64,000 nucleotides of DNA from positions 153,068 to 217,067 of the forward strand of contig DASQFI010000045.1 in the NCBI GenBank assembly GCA_035633215.1. The letters run 5' to 3'. Made by a program: the position numbers and the translations under genes. This DNA is from Vicinamibacterales bacterium (GTDB lineage Bacteria > Acidobacteriota > Vicinamibacteria > Vicinamibacterales > SCN-69-37). This document shows, piece after piece, positions 37,425-45,701 of the stretch. Within the stretch, counting starts at the first letter, position 1, and every line of letters begins with the position of its first letter. Under the pieces are notes generated by a model, which did no database searches, was not told where the DNA came from, and saw only the letters and a program-made list of their open reading frames with translations.

Positions 37425-40070
37425 CTACTCCGTGCGCAAGGTCTTTGCCGGCTCAATCTTCATGGCGCGACGTGTCGGGCTCCACCCGGCCGCCAGGCTG
37501 GTCAGGCCGAGGAGGAGGATCGTTCCCACGAAGCTGATCGGATCGGTGGGCGGCAGATCGGCCACGAGAAACCACGCCAGCGGACGTGTGGCGAGGAGCG
37601 CCAGGCCCAATCCAATGACCATTCCGGTGAAGACGAGCGTCGCGCCGTCGCGGAAGACCAGCAGCGCGATGGCGCGACGGGTCGCGCCGAGCGCGAGCCG
37701 GACGCCGATTTCTGCGGTTCTGCGGGCGACGGCGAACGACACCACGCCGTAGAGACCAATCATGGCCAGGAGCGCGCCCAGTGCGCCGAGCGATCCCACG
37801 AGCACGGCCCCGATGCGGCTCGGCCAGAAGGCAAAGGCCAACGCAGTGGTCATCGGTTCCACGCTCACGGCTGCAGCGGGATCGGTCCGCAGCACGGCAT
37901 CCTTCACCGAGGTGGTGACGCTCTCCGGCGGGCCCGACGTTCGGACCAGCACGTGGGCAAAACGCGCGGGCGGCCGCGGCGTGAGAAACGGCGTGTAGAG
38001 CGCGGCCTCGCGATCCTCACCGATCGAACGGTATTTGCTGTTGGCCACCACGCCCACAACTTCGGCCGGGATCGCTTCCGGGTCTCCATGCAGGAAAACG
38101 GTCCGGCCAATCGGCTCGAGTCCTTCGAAGTACCGCCGGACAAACTCCTCGTTCACGATCACGCGGCGCCCGTCGCCGCGATCGGCGTTCGTGAACTCGC
38201 GACCGCGGAGGAGCCTGATGCCCATGACGCGGAAGTAGTCCGAACCAACGCTGTTTGTGGCGTATTCCACCCGCACTGGAGCGGCACGTCCCTCGATCCG
38301 CATCATCGTCCCGGTACTGCCTCCGTACCGAAACGTCAGCGGCACGCCCTGGGTAAACGTCGCGGCCTCGACGCTGGCGAGCCCGCGCAGCCGCTCGACG
38401 ATGCCCTCGACCGCCTGGTTCGAGGCTTCTCCTTGACGCCCTTCCACAAACGAGATCTGGGCGACAACCGTGTGCGCCGCATCGAAGCCCGGGTCGAGGC
38501 TGTTCGCCAGTCCGAGATTTCGCAGAAAGAGCACCGTCGTGACCAGCAGCAACACCGAAACGGCGACCTGACCCGTCACGAGCACTCCGCGCATGCCAAA
38601 GCGGCGCGGCCCGAACGTTCGGGTCTCTTGTTTCAGCCCCGGGCTCAGCACGCCGCGAGTGGCTTGAAGCGCCGGCGCGAGCGCACACAGGAGTGTGCTC
38701 ACCAGCACGAGCGCGACCGAGAGCACGGCGAGCCGCGTGTCGAAGGTGACATTCAAGTCGAAGGGAACGGGCAGCGGAAGGGCGACTCGTGAGATGAGGC
38801 GCGCCACGCCTGCCGTGATTGCGACACCTGCTATCGTCCCGGCAACGGCAAGCACGGAGCCTTCGGTGAGCAGCTGCTGAACGATCCGCGTACGCGTGGC
38901 GCCGAGCGCCATACGCAGGGCGATCTCTTTCTGACGAGCCGCGCTCCTGGCGACCAGCAAACCCGCGACGTTCGCGCACGCGATCGCCAGCACGAGAGCC
39001 GTGACCAGCAGCAGGACGGCGAAGAATGCCCCGACTTCCTTGAGCTCCTTGACCTGGTACAAACCGCCGACGGGGTCGACCACTCTGATGAAGCCCGTAT
39101 GGAGCGGATCCTCGCCGGCCCAGTGCGACGCCGCGACATTGAGCGCTGCCCATGCGCCCTCGGCAGTCTGACCGTCCCGGAGCCGCCCAATAAGCTGAAG
39201 GTGACCCGCGCGCGGCGCATGGAGATTCGGTGCGAGCGCGGGAGAAATGGGGATGAACATCTCCGGCGAGAGTCCGTACCCCGGCAGGGAGCGAAGGTCC
39301 GACGGCAGGACTCCCAGCACCACGTACGCGTGACCGTTCAGGATGACTGAAGAACCCAACACGCTTGGATCGCCGCCGAGCCGCGCGGTCCAGAAACGAT
39401 GGCTGAGGACCGCGACGCGCGGGTCGCGGTCGGCCGACGCCTCGGCGGCGGTGAACGCCCGCCCCATGGCGAGAGGAATGCCCATGACGTCGAAGAAGTT
39501 CGCCGTCACGACGAGGGGCATCACGCCGATCGAGACATCCCGTCCGCGCCAGTTCATGTCGCTCTCGATGTCGTACCCGGCAATCCCGGCCATGACACCA
39601 CTCGCATCGAGCTCGCGCCAGGCGGAATAGGACGTGTGGCTGCCGCTGTTCGTGCGAAGGTGCACCAGACGATCCGGGCGCGCCGCCGTCGGCGTTGAAA
39701 GCAGGAGGCTGTTTGCCAGCCCGAAGATCGCCAGGTTGGCCCCGGCCCCGAGCGCGATGGACGAGGCCGCGGTGACGAGCAGCATGGGCTGCTTCGCGAG
39801 CGTCCGAAGCGCGTAGCGCGTGTCCTGCAGCAGGTTCTGGAGGGAATTCACCCGTCGCGTTTCACGGCATTGCTGTGTGATGCTCGCGGGAGAACCGAAC
39901 TCCCGGAGCGCGGCTTCGCGCGCGTCCTGGCGCGACGCGCCGGCGGCGACGAGCTCCTCGACCTGCTCTTCGAGGTGGAATCGCAGTTCGCGATCGAGGT
40001 CGCGATCGACGGTGGAGCGGATGAAGAGCGATCGGAAGCGCAGCAGCAAGACACGCATCCAACGGGTCAT
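37425..40070 (-). CDS. ADOP-family ABC permease
   Basis: VDRDLDRELRFHLEE, RQKEIALRMALGA, RTAEIGVRLALGA, PAKTLRTE. Confidence 0.9.
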   Translation of the reverse strand: MTRWMRVLLLRFRSLFIRSTVDRDLDRELRFHLEEQVEELVAAGASRQDAREAALREFGSPASITQQCRETRRVNSLQNLLQDTRYALRTLAKQPMLLVTAASSIALGAGANLAIFGLANSLLLSTPTAARPDRLVHLRTNSGSHTSYSAWRELDASGVMAGIAGYDIESDMNWRGRDVSIGVMPLVVTANFFDVMGIPLAMGRAFTAAEASADRDPRVAVLSHRFWTARLGGDPSVLGSSVILNGHAYVVLGVLPSDLRSLPGYGLSPEMFIPISPALAPNLHAPRAGHLQLIGRLRDGQTAEGAWAALNVAASHWAGEDPLHTGFIRVVDPVGGLYQVKELKEVGAFFAVLLLVTALVLAIACANVAGLLVARSAARQKEIALRMALGATRTRIVQQLLTEGSVLAVAGTIAGVAITAGVARLISRVALPLPVPFDLNVTFDTRLAVLSVALVLVSTLLCALAPALQATRGVLSPGLKQETRTFGPRRFGMRGVLVTGQVAVSVLLLVTTVLFLRNLGLANSLDPGFDAAHTVVAQISFVEGRQGEASNQAVEGIVERLRGLASVEAATFTQGVPLTFRYGGSTGTMMRIEGRAAPVRVEYATNSVGSDYFRVMGIRLLRGREFTNADRGDGRRVIVNEEFVRRYFEGLEPIGRTVFLHGDPEAIPAEVVGVVANSKYRSIGEDREAALYTPFLTPRPPARFAHVLVRTSGPPESVTTSVKDAVLRTDPAAAVSVEPMTTALAFAFWPSRIGAVLVGSLGALGALLAMIGLYGVVSFAVARRTAEIGVRLALGATRRAIALLVFRDGATLVFTGMVIGLGLALLATRPLAWFLVADLPPTDPISFVGTILLLGLTSLAAGWSPTRRAMKIEPAKTLRTE

Positions 40071-40083
40071 GACTTCCTCTTGG

Positions 40084-40413
40084 TCAAGCCTCGCGCACGA
40101 CGAGGTGGATGGCGGCCGACAGCCGGTCCCAGCTCTCGAGCTCCTTCGCCAGCTGTTTTCTTCCGGCGCTCGTGAGCGAGTAGATCTTGGCCTCCCGCCC
40201 CGTCTCGGTGGTCACCCACGCCGCTTTGAGCCAGCCATGTTGCTCGAGGCGATGAAGAGCCGGATAGAGCGAGCCTTGGGTGACCTGAAGCACGTCGCCG
40301 CTCACCTGCCGGATGCGCTTCGCGATGCCCCATCCGTGTCGCGGCTCGATCGCCAGGGTCTTGAGAATCAGCAGGTCGAGCGTCCCCTGAACAAGGTCGG
40401 ATGGTCGACTCAT
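40084..40413 (-). CDS. PadR family regulator
   Basis: LVQGTLDLLILKTL..EPRHGWGIA..I.QVS...GSLYPALHRLE. Confidence 0.93.
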   Translation of the reverse strand: MSRPSDLVQGTLDLLILKTLAIEPRHGWGIAKRIRQVSGDVLQVTQGSLYPALHRLEQHGWLKAAWVTTETGREAKIYSLTSAGRKQLAKELESWDRLSAAIHLVVREA

Positions 40414-40422
40414 GGGTTGATG

Positions 40423-40457
40423 CCTAGGTAATCTACAATACGCCTAGGTAATCGACA
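40423..40457. promoter_or_regulatory. Two putative PadR operators, 20-bp period
   Basis: CCTAG-GTAAT-CTACA (40423-40437) and CCTAG-GTAAT-CGACA (40443-40457). Confidence 0.6.
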
Positions 40458-40514
40458 AAGTTCCACCACCTGCACGAGCCGCTCGCCGACGGGCCACTAT
40501 AATCGCGGCTCCTG

Positions 40515-40906
40515 ATGCCGCTGGCCTCCGGCACCCGCCTGGGTTCGTATGAAATCGTCGTCCTGCTCGGCGCCGGCGGAATGGGTGAGGTCTACCGCGC
40601 GCGCGATACGAAACTGGATCGCGACATTGCGCTGAAGATCCTGCCTGATGCCTTTGCCAGAGACGCGGACCGGCTGGCGCGCTTCGAGCGGGCGTCAATA
40701 CCGCAGGCGCCCTCACGCTGGGCGATCGTCGGAGGCTCCTCGACCTGTCCGCGTACGACTCCGGCAGTTTTCACGAGTCTGACGTCTCGCCGGACGGTCA
40801 GCGGCTTCTGCTCATCCGCACCGATCCCGCCTCTCGTCCCACCCGCCTGGACATCATCGTCAATTGGTTCGACGAGCTGAGAGCGAAGGCCGCCGCGGGA
40901 CGGTGA
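40515..40906 (+). pseudogene. Collapsed Ser/Thr kinase-beta-propeller gene (first ~59 and last ~70 codons only)
   Basis: [14 protein letters not shown]...[13 protein letters not shown]...ALKILP...ARFER joined out of frame near 40690 to [12 protein letters not shown]...[12 protein letters not shown], matching both ends of the paralogue at 48963. Confidence 0.85.
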
Positions 40907-40961
40907 CTGGATTGACGGTCGCATTTGCAGGGACCGCCGTCGCGCGCGTATCTTCTCTCGC

Positions 40962-41855
40962 GTGACGATGAGCGTGGCCGTGGGATCGGTCGCTGGATTG
41001 TGGCGATTCCCGGTGAAGTCGATGGGCGGCGAGCGCCCCGAATCCATCGAGATAACGGGGCACGGCATCGTCGGCGATAGAGCCTTTGCGTTGATCGATG
41101 CGCAGACCGGCAAGGTCGTCAGCGCGAAGAGCGTTCGGCTCTATCCCGGGTTGTTGGATTGCCGGGCCACGTTCGTCGAGCCACCCCAAGCGGGCCGCGA
41201 CGTGCCGGCTGTCCGCATTACGCTGCCGGACGGCCGGTCGGTGACGAGCGACGACGCGCGCGTCGACCGCGAGTTGTCGGCCCATTTCAAGCGCGACGTC
41301 ACGCTGGCGCGTGCCGCGCCGCCGGACTACACGATCGACCAGTTTCATCCGGATATCGAGCACGTCGATCCGTCGGGGCATCGCAACACATTCGTCGAAC
41401 AAAAGCTCGGGTCGGCATTCTTCGGGGAACTGGGCGTCGCGTCACCCGTTCCGGTGGGCGCGTTCGTCGATTTGTTTCCTGTCTCGGTGCTGACCACTTC
41501 AACGCTGGCGGAACTGGCCACACGGCGGCCGGCCAGCCAGTTCGATCAGCGCCGGTTTCGGATGAACGTCATCGTCGATGCGCCGGTTCGCGGATTCCCC
41601 GAGAACGAATGGATCGGGCGGGAGCTGGCCATTGGCGACGACGTGCGACTGCGAATCGCGTTGCCCGACCCCCGCTGCGTCATGACGACACTGCCCCAGG
41701 GAGATCTGAGCCAGGACCTGGAGATCCTGAAGACGTTGGTGCGCGAGAACAGCCTGCAGGTCGGCGACGCCGGCCGATATCCCTGCGCGGGTGCCTACGC
41801 CATTGTCGAAGCCGCGGGAACGGTTCGGGCTGGCGACCGCGTGGCCGTCTCGTGA
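40962..41855 (+). CDS. MOSC domain protein
   Basis: LWRFPVKSMGGE, GDRAFAL, RRFRMNVIV, PRCVMTT, GTVRAGDRV. Confidence 0.9.
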   Translation: MTMSVAVGSVAGLWRFPVKSMGGERPESIEITGHGIVGDRAFALIDAQTGKVVSAKSVRLYPGLLDCRATFVEPPQAGRDVPAVRITLPDGRSVTSDDARVDRELSAHFKRDVTLARAAPPDYTIDQFHPDIEHVDPSGHRNTFVEQKLGSAFFGELGVASPVPVGAFVDLFPVSVLTTSTLAELATRRPASQFDQRRFRMNVIVDAPVRGFPENEWIGRELAIGDDVRLRIALPDPRCVMTTLPQGDLSQDLEILKTLVRENSLQVGDAGRYPCAGAYAIVEAAGTVRAGDRVAVS

Positions 41856-41890
41856 CGCGGCGAGTTTCTCGATCCGGGATTGCTCGTTGA

Positions 41891-42322
41891 CTACGGTTCG
41901 ATCATGTCGATGTCGTCCGCCACCGAATCGAAATGGCGGCGGTTGAAGGTGAGAAGTTCCGCCGCCTTGCCGTGGCGGGCCGACGTCGCGATGAGAGCGT
42001 CGTAGGTCAGGCCGCCGCCGATTCCGGCCTGCGAGAGCGTCGCGAGCAGCGCGGCGTGGGCCGATCCAGAGAGCGCCGCGACGTCCGCGTCCGACACGAA
42101 GTTCGCCTCGAGGAGTTCCCAGGCATCAGCCGGGGTGAGGCGGTGTGGCGCGGGCAGGCGGGTCAGCACCGCGTACGCCTCGACGAGCGCATGCGCGGCG
42201 ACGACCAGCCGGTCGCCTTTCGCCAGCCGCCGTTCCAGCGCCCGGGCCGCGGCGGCGTGTTGCGCATGCCATCCACACACGGCCGCGACGATGCAGCTGG
42301 AATCCAGAGAGAACGCGGCCAC
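41891..42322 (-). CDS. PIN-domain toxin (VapC-like)
   Basis: SLDSSCIVA, HALVEAYAVLTRLP, GGLTYDALIA, LTFNRRHF; GTG start right after the antitoxin stop. Confidence 0.85.
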   Translation of the reverse strand: MAAFSLDSSCIVAAVCGWHAQHAAAARALERRLAKGDRLVVAAHALVEAYAVLTRLPAPHRLTPADAWELLEANFVSDADVAALSGSAHAALLATLSQAGIGGGLTYDALIATSARHGKAAELLTFNRRHFDSVADDIDMIEP

Positions 42323-42323
42323 G

Positions 42324-42584
42324 TCAGGGTCGACCTTTGCGGACCCGGAGACTGGCTCGAGTGCGCTCGACGGTGTCATTCGTGAGCGGGCGAGCCGGAT
42401 CTTCCTGAGATGCGACGAGCAGACGCCCCTTGCGCGCGAGGCGCACCCGCGCCGGCTGGGGCTCGATTTCGATCACGCCCTCCCGCCACCGGACGTCGAG
42501 CGGCACGCCAGGCTCGAGACCGGCCTCGCGACGGATCTCGCTCGGAATGACGAGGCGCCCGGCAGCGTCAATGGTAGTAACCAT
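42324..42584 (-). CDS. AbrB/MazE/SpoVT-family antitoxin
   Basis: MVTTIDAAGRLVIPSEIRREAGLEPG.PL.V. Confidence 0.87.
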   Translation of the reverse strand: MVTTIDAAGRLVIPSEIRREAGLEPGVPLDVRWREGVIEIEPQPARVRLARKGRLLVASQEDPARPLTNDTVERTRASLRVRKGRP

Positions 42585-42594
42585 GGCATTAAAT

Positions 42595-42613
42595 ATACCA
42601 TGAATCATGGTAT
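42595..42613. promoter_or_regulatory. Putative TA autoregulatory operator
   Basis: ATACCATG-AAT-CATGGTAT perfect palindrome 10 nt upstream of the antitoxin ATG. Confidence 0.7.
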
Positions 42614-42682
42614 GGAACGCCTGTGTGACGTGCTGTCGGCGATGCGCGCTACGCTGGTCCGGCCCAGGACGCGAGGCGCCGG

Positions 42683-43342
42683 ATGTGGCGGAAAGATCCT
42701 CTGCTGCTTGTGATTCTTTGGTGGACGGCGCTCGTTGCCGGCATCCTCGTGTGGCTGCCCCTCGTCCGGGGCGCAACCCAGGGCACGGCATATCGGTGGG
42801 CGCTTGCCGACGGCATCGGCGGCCAGGGCATCGGTGGCGCTTACTGGCTGCTCATTCTCGGAGCCGTGTTCGTGTTGTCGCTCCTGTATCTCGGCTGGCG
42901 TGGCGCTCGTCAGCCGTTTCACTGGTTGCTATTGGCGTTCCATGTGCCGTTGGCCGCGGCGGTCACGTACGTGGCTTGGAGGGACCCGCTTGGGTTCCGG
43001 TTCGAAGGCGCGACCATCGGTGTTGACGTGTCGCTGGCGATCATCGGTCCAGTGCTGTTTGGCGGCGTCGCCGTTGCGGCGATCGCCTGGGTCGTCCGCG
43101 ATTTTCAGGTCAGACGATCGCGGGAATTGGTTCCGTGGGTCTGGACGCGTGCGGCACGCGTCAGATTCTTGCTCCTCCTCGCCCTTGTGCCCCTCGAAGT
43201 GGTGCTGTTTCGGTCAGGCGGGATCCAAAGCACTCAGAACATCGTCGGCGTCGCGCTCGTCGGGTGGCAGTGGGTGCTGCTCAACCGCATTCTGGCGGGA
43301 GCTCGGCCGGACGAATCCCGAAAGCCCTTACGAAACCAGTAA
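42683..43342 (+). CDS. Membrane protein, unknown function
   Basis: About 6 hydrophobic segments; SD GAGG. Confidence 0.65.
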   Translation: MWRKDPLLLVILWWTALVAGILVWLPLVRGATQGTAYRWALADGIGGQGIGGAYWLLILGAVFVLSLLYLGWRGARQPFHWLLLAFHVPLAAAVTYVAWRDPLGFRFEGATIGVDVSLAIIGPVLFGGVAVAAIAWVVRDFQVRRSRELVPWVWTRAARVRFLLLLALVPLEVVLFRSGGIQSTQNIVGVALVGWQWVLLNRILAGARPDESRKPLRNQ

Positions 43343-43447
43343 ATTCCACACCCTGGCCGATTCTCTTGTGTGGGGGTTCCTGCTGGTATTCAAGTTGCAC
43401 TTGCCGGCGCCAGTTCTGGTTACCCCAGTTACTTAAGGAGCCGAGCC

Positions 43448-43852
43448 ATGCGGTCTTTGCGTTCAAGCGCCTTCGCAGTCGGGATCGCCATTCTTGGTGG
43501 GTGGAGTTGCGGAGGCGGCTCCAGTTCACCGCCGACGACTCCCACGCCGACGGCCGTCACGATCCTCATCACCGGTCAAAAGGGCGTGCTGTCGTTTTCG
43601 CCGAACCCCGCCACCGCCGGTGGCCGGATGGTCGTGTTCCGCAACACGGACACCGAAGCGCACCGCGTGCGCTTGAACAATCTCTCGGTCGACTGGGGAC
43701 TCATCGCGCCGGGGGCGACGAGCCAGCCGTTCCTCATGCCCGCGGAGGGCTCGAACTACCACTGCGACCTCCACCCGACGATGATCGGCAGCGTCAACCC
43801 GGAAGCGGGCGGCGACCCGCCGCGCTGCGAGGGTGTGTATTGCGCACCCTAA
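43448..43852 (+). CDS. Cupredoxin/plastocyanin-like lipoprotein
   Basis: Lipobox-like WSC, SFSPNP, V.F.N.D...H, YHCDLHPTMIG (His...Cys-x-x-His-x-x-Met). Confidence 0.7.
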   Translation: MRSLRSSAFAVGIAILGGWSCGGGSSSPPTTPTPTAVTILITGQKGVLSFSPNPATAGGRMVVFRNTDTEAHRVRLNNLSVDWGLIAPGATSQPFLMPAEGSNYHCDLHPTMIGSVNPEAGGDPPRCEGVYCAP

Positions 43853-43949
43853 CTGTCTGAGTTGATCGAGAAGGACCTCGGGTGGGATCCCGAATCGTCA
43901 TTTCTGGTCGCGTCGAGGATTTTCGTGAACCCGTACGCTATTGGAGTGC

Positions 43950-45047
43950 TTACTGCTGAAGTACCTGGTGAACGAATGCCACGGCGATTGCCCCTTCACC
44001 GACAGCGGAGGCGACACGCTTGATGTTTCCGCCCCGCACGTCGCCGACCGCAAAGACACCGGGACGACTCGTTTCGAGAAGATAGGGCGGCCGTGTCAGC
44101 GGCCCCCGCGCCGCGGCCAGATCGTCCGGCGACAGCCCCGGACCAGTCTTGATGAACCCTTTGTCATCGAGCACAACGCAACGCGCGAGCCAACCAGTGT
44201 TCGGCACAGCCCCAGTCATCAGAAACACGTGGCGGATGTCGTTCGTCTCAGCCTCGCTGGTTCGATCGTCACGCCACTGCACCCGTTCAAGATGCCCGTT
44301 CCCTTCCAGGGCGACGATCTGGGTGTGCGTCCGCAGGACGATCGCCGGATTGTCTTCGATGCGGCGAATGAGATACCGCGACATTGTGTCGGCCAACCCG
44401 TCTCCCCGAACCAGCATGTGGACGCGCTTCGCCGTCTGCGCGAGAAACACGGCGGCTTGTCCCGCGGAATTACCGCCGCCGACCACGATGACGTCCTCGC
44501 CGACGCACAGCTGCGCCTCCATCGGCATCGCGGTGTAGTACACCCCGGCACCTTCGAACTGAAACAGGTTCGGGAGTGCCGGTCGACGGTATTCGGCGCC
44601 CGTCGCGATGATCACGGCGCGCGCACGGACGCTCGATCGGTCGGCAATCTGCATTTCATAGGGTTGCCGGTCGCAGGCGAGCTGCGTCGCGCCCTTCGCG
44701 ATCATGACCTGCGCGCCGAACTTCTGGGCCTGTGCGTATGCACGGCCCGTCAGATCCAAACCTGAAATGCCGGTCGGGAATCCGAGATAGTTTTCAATCC
44801 TGGAACTCGATCCCGCTTGCCCGCCGGGCGAGTTTGATTCGAGGACGAGGACGTCGAGGCCCTCCGACGCGCCGTACACGGCAGCCGCCAGCCCCGCCGG
44901 CCCCGCGCCGACGATCACCAGATCGCTCACGCGTGTGCGATCGATCGCGTCGTTGAAGCCGAGACAATCTGCGATCGCCGCGTTGCTCGGATTCCGCAGG
45001 ACCGCGTCCGCGCCGCAGATCAAGACAGGGACATCGGCCGTGCTCAC
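43950..45047 (-). pseudogene. 5'-truncated TrxB-like FAD oxidoreductase (cNMP-regulated type)
   Basis: VIVGAGPAGLAAAVYGASEG, IENYLGFPTGISG, VVGGGNSAGQAA, ETSRPGVFAVGDVR. Begins mid-protein at DVPVLIC, about 13 nt from the 40-bp repeat. Confidence 0.7.
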
Positions 45048-45059
45048 CGTCGAGCGGCA

Positions 45060-45099
45060 CCATTGGTCGGGTTGAACCGGAAACCTTTCTCAAAGTTTC
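45060..45099 (+). repeat. 40-bp direct repeat, copy 1
   Basis: CCATTGGTCGGGTTGAACCGGAAACCTTTCTCAAAGTTTC, identical to 54692-54731. Confidence 0.95.
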
Positions 45100-45134
45100 G
45101 CAAGTTTCTGTCGGGCCCATGCTACTGTGATCGT

Positions 45135-45359
45135 ATGACCCTGAAGGCTCGGGTAAAGGCCGGCCGACTCGTCGTTGACGAACCGACCGATCTGCCCGAA
45201 GGCACCGAGGTCGAGCTCCTGCCTCTCGATCCCGGAGACTGGCTCGACGACCACGACCGTGCCGCATTACACCGGGCTCTGAGCGATTCTGACGAGGACG
45301 TGAAGGCCGGCCGACTTGTCGATGCCGATGTCGTCCTTCGACAGCTCCGGTCGCGTTGA
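45135..45359 (+). CDS. Putative antitoxin (small, ParD-like C-terminus)
   Basis: MTLKARVKAGRLVVDEPTDLPEGTEVEL...ALSDSDEDVKAGRLVDADVVL; TACTGT 6 nt upstream of ATG. Confidence 0.7.
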   Translation: MTLKARVKAGRLVVDEPTDLPEGTEVELLPLDPGDWLDDHDRAALHRALSDSDEDVKAGRLVDADVVLRQLRSR

Positions 45360-45614
45360 AACGACGTCGCGTCCGCTTCACCATCATCGCCCAACAGCAT
45401 GTGGCGCGCGAACAAGCGATGTATGCCCTCCGCCGGCGCGACCCTGACCGTGACGCGCAACCTACCAACAGATGTCCAACTGCGGCAGACATATGTCTCG
45501 CTCGACGGCGCGCCGCTGGCCACGTTGGTGTTCGGCGAGTCGGTCACGCGCGAGATCGAGTACGTCAGCGCGACGTGCAGGAGCGATGGATCGGGTGGAT
45601 CGAGCGGTAATTGA
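45356..45614 (+). pseudogene. ParE-like toxin stub (about 21 codons) joined to a fragment of an unrelated gene
   Basis: TTG overlapping the antitoxin stop; MKRRRVRFTIIAQQHVAREQ, then in another frame TLTVTRN.P.DVQLRQ.YVSLDG..LATL.FGESVTREIE. Confidence 0.55.
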
Positions 45615-45701
45615 CGGATCCCGCATCGGGCGCGGGACGGTGACGACCAACTCGCCCATGCCGGGACGCGCCGACTACAATGAGCCACCCCAGGAGGCCC
45701 C

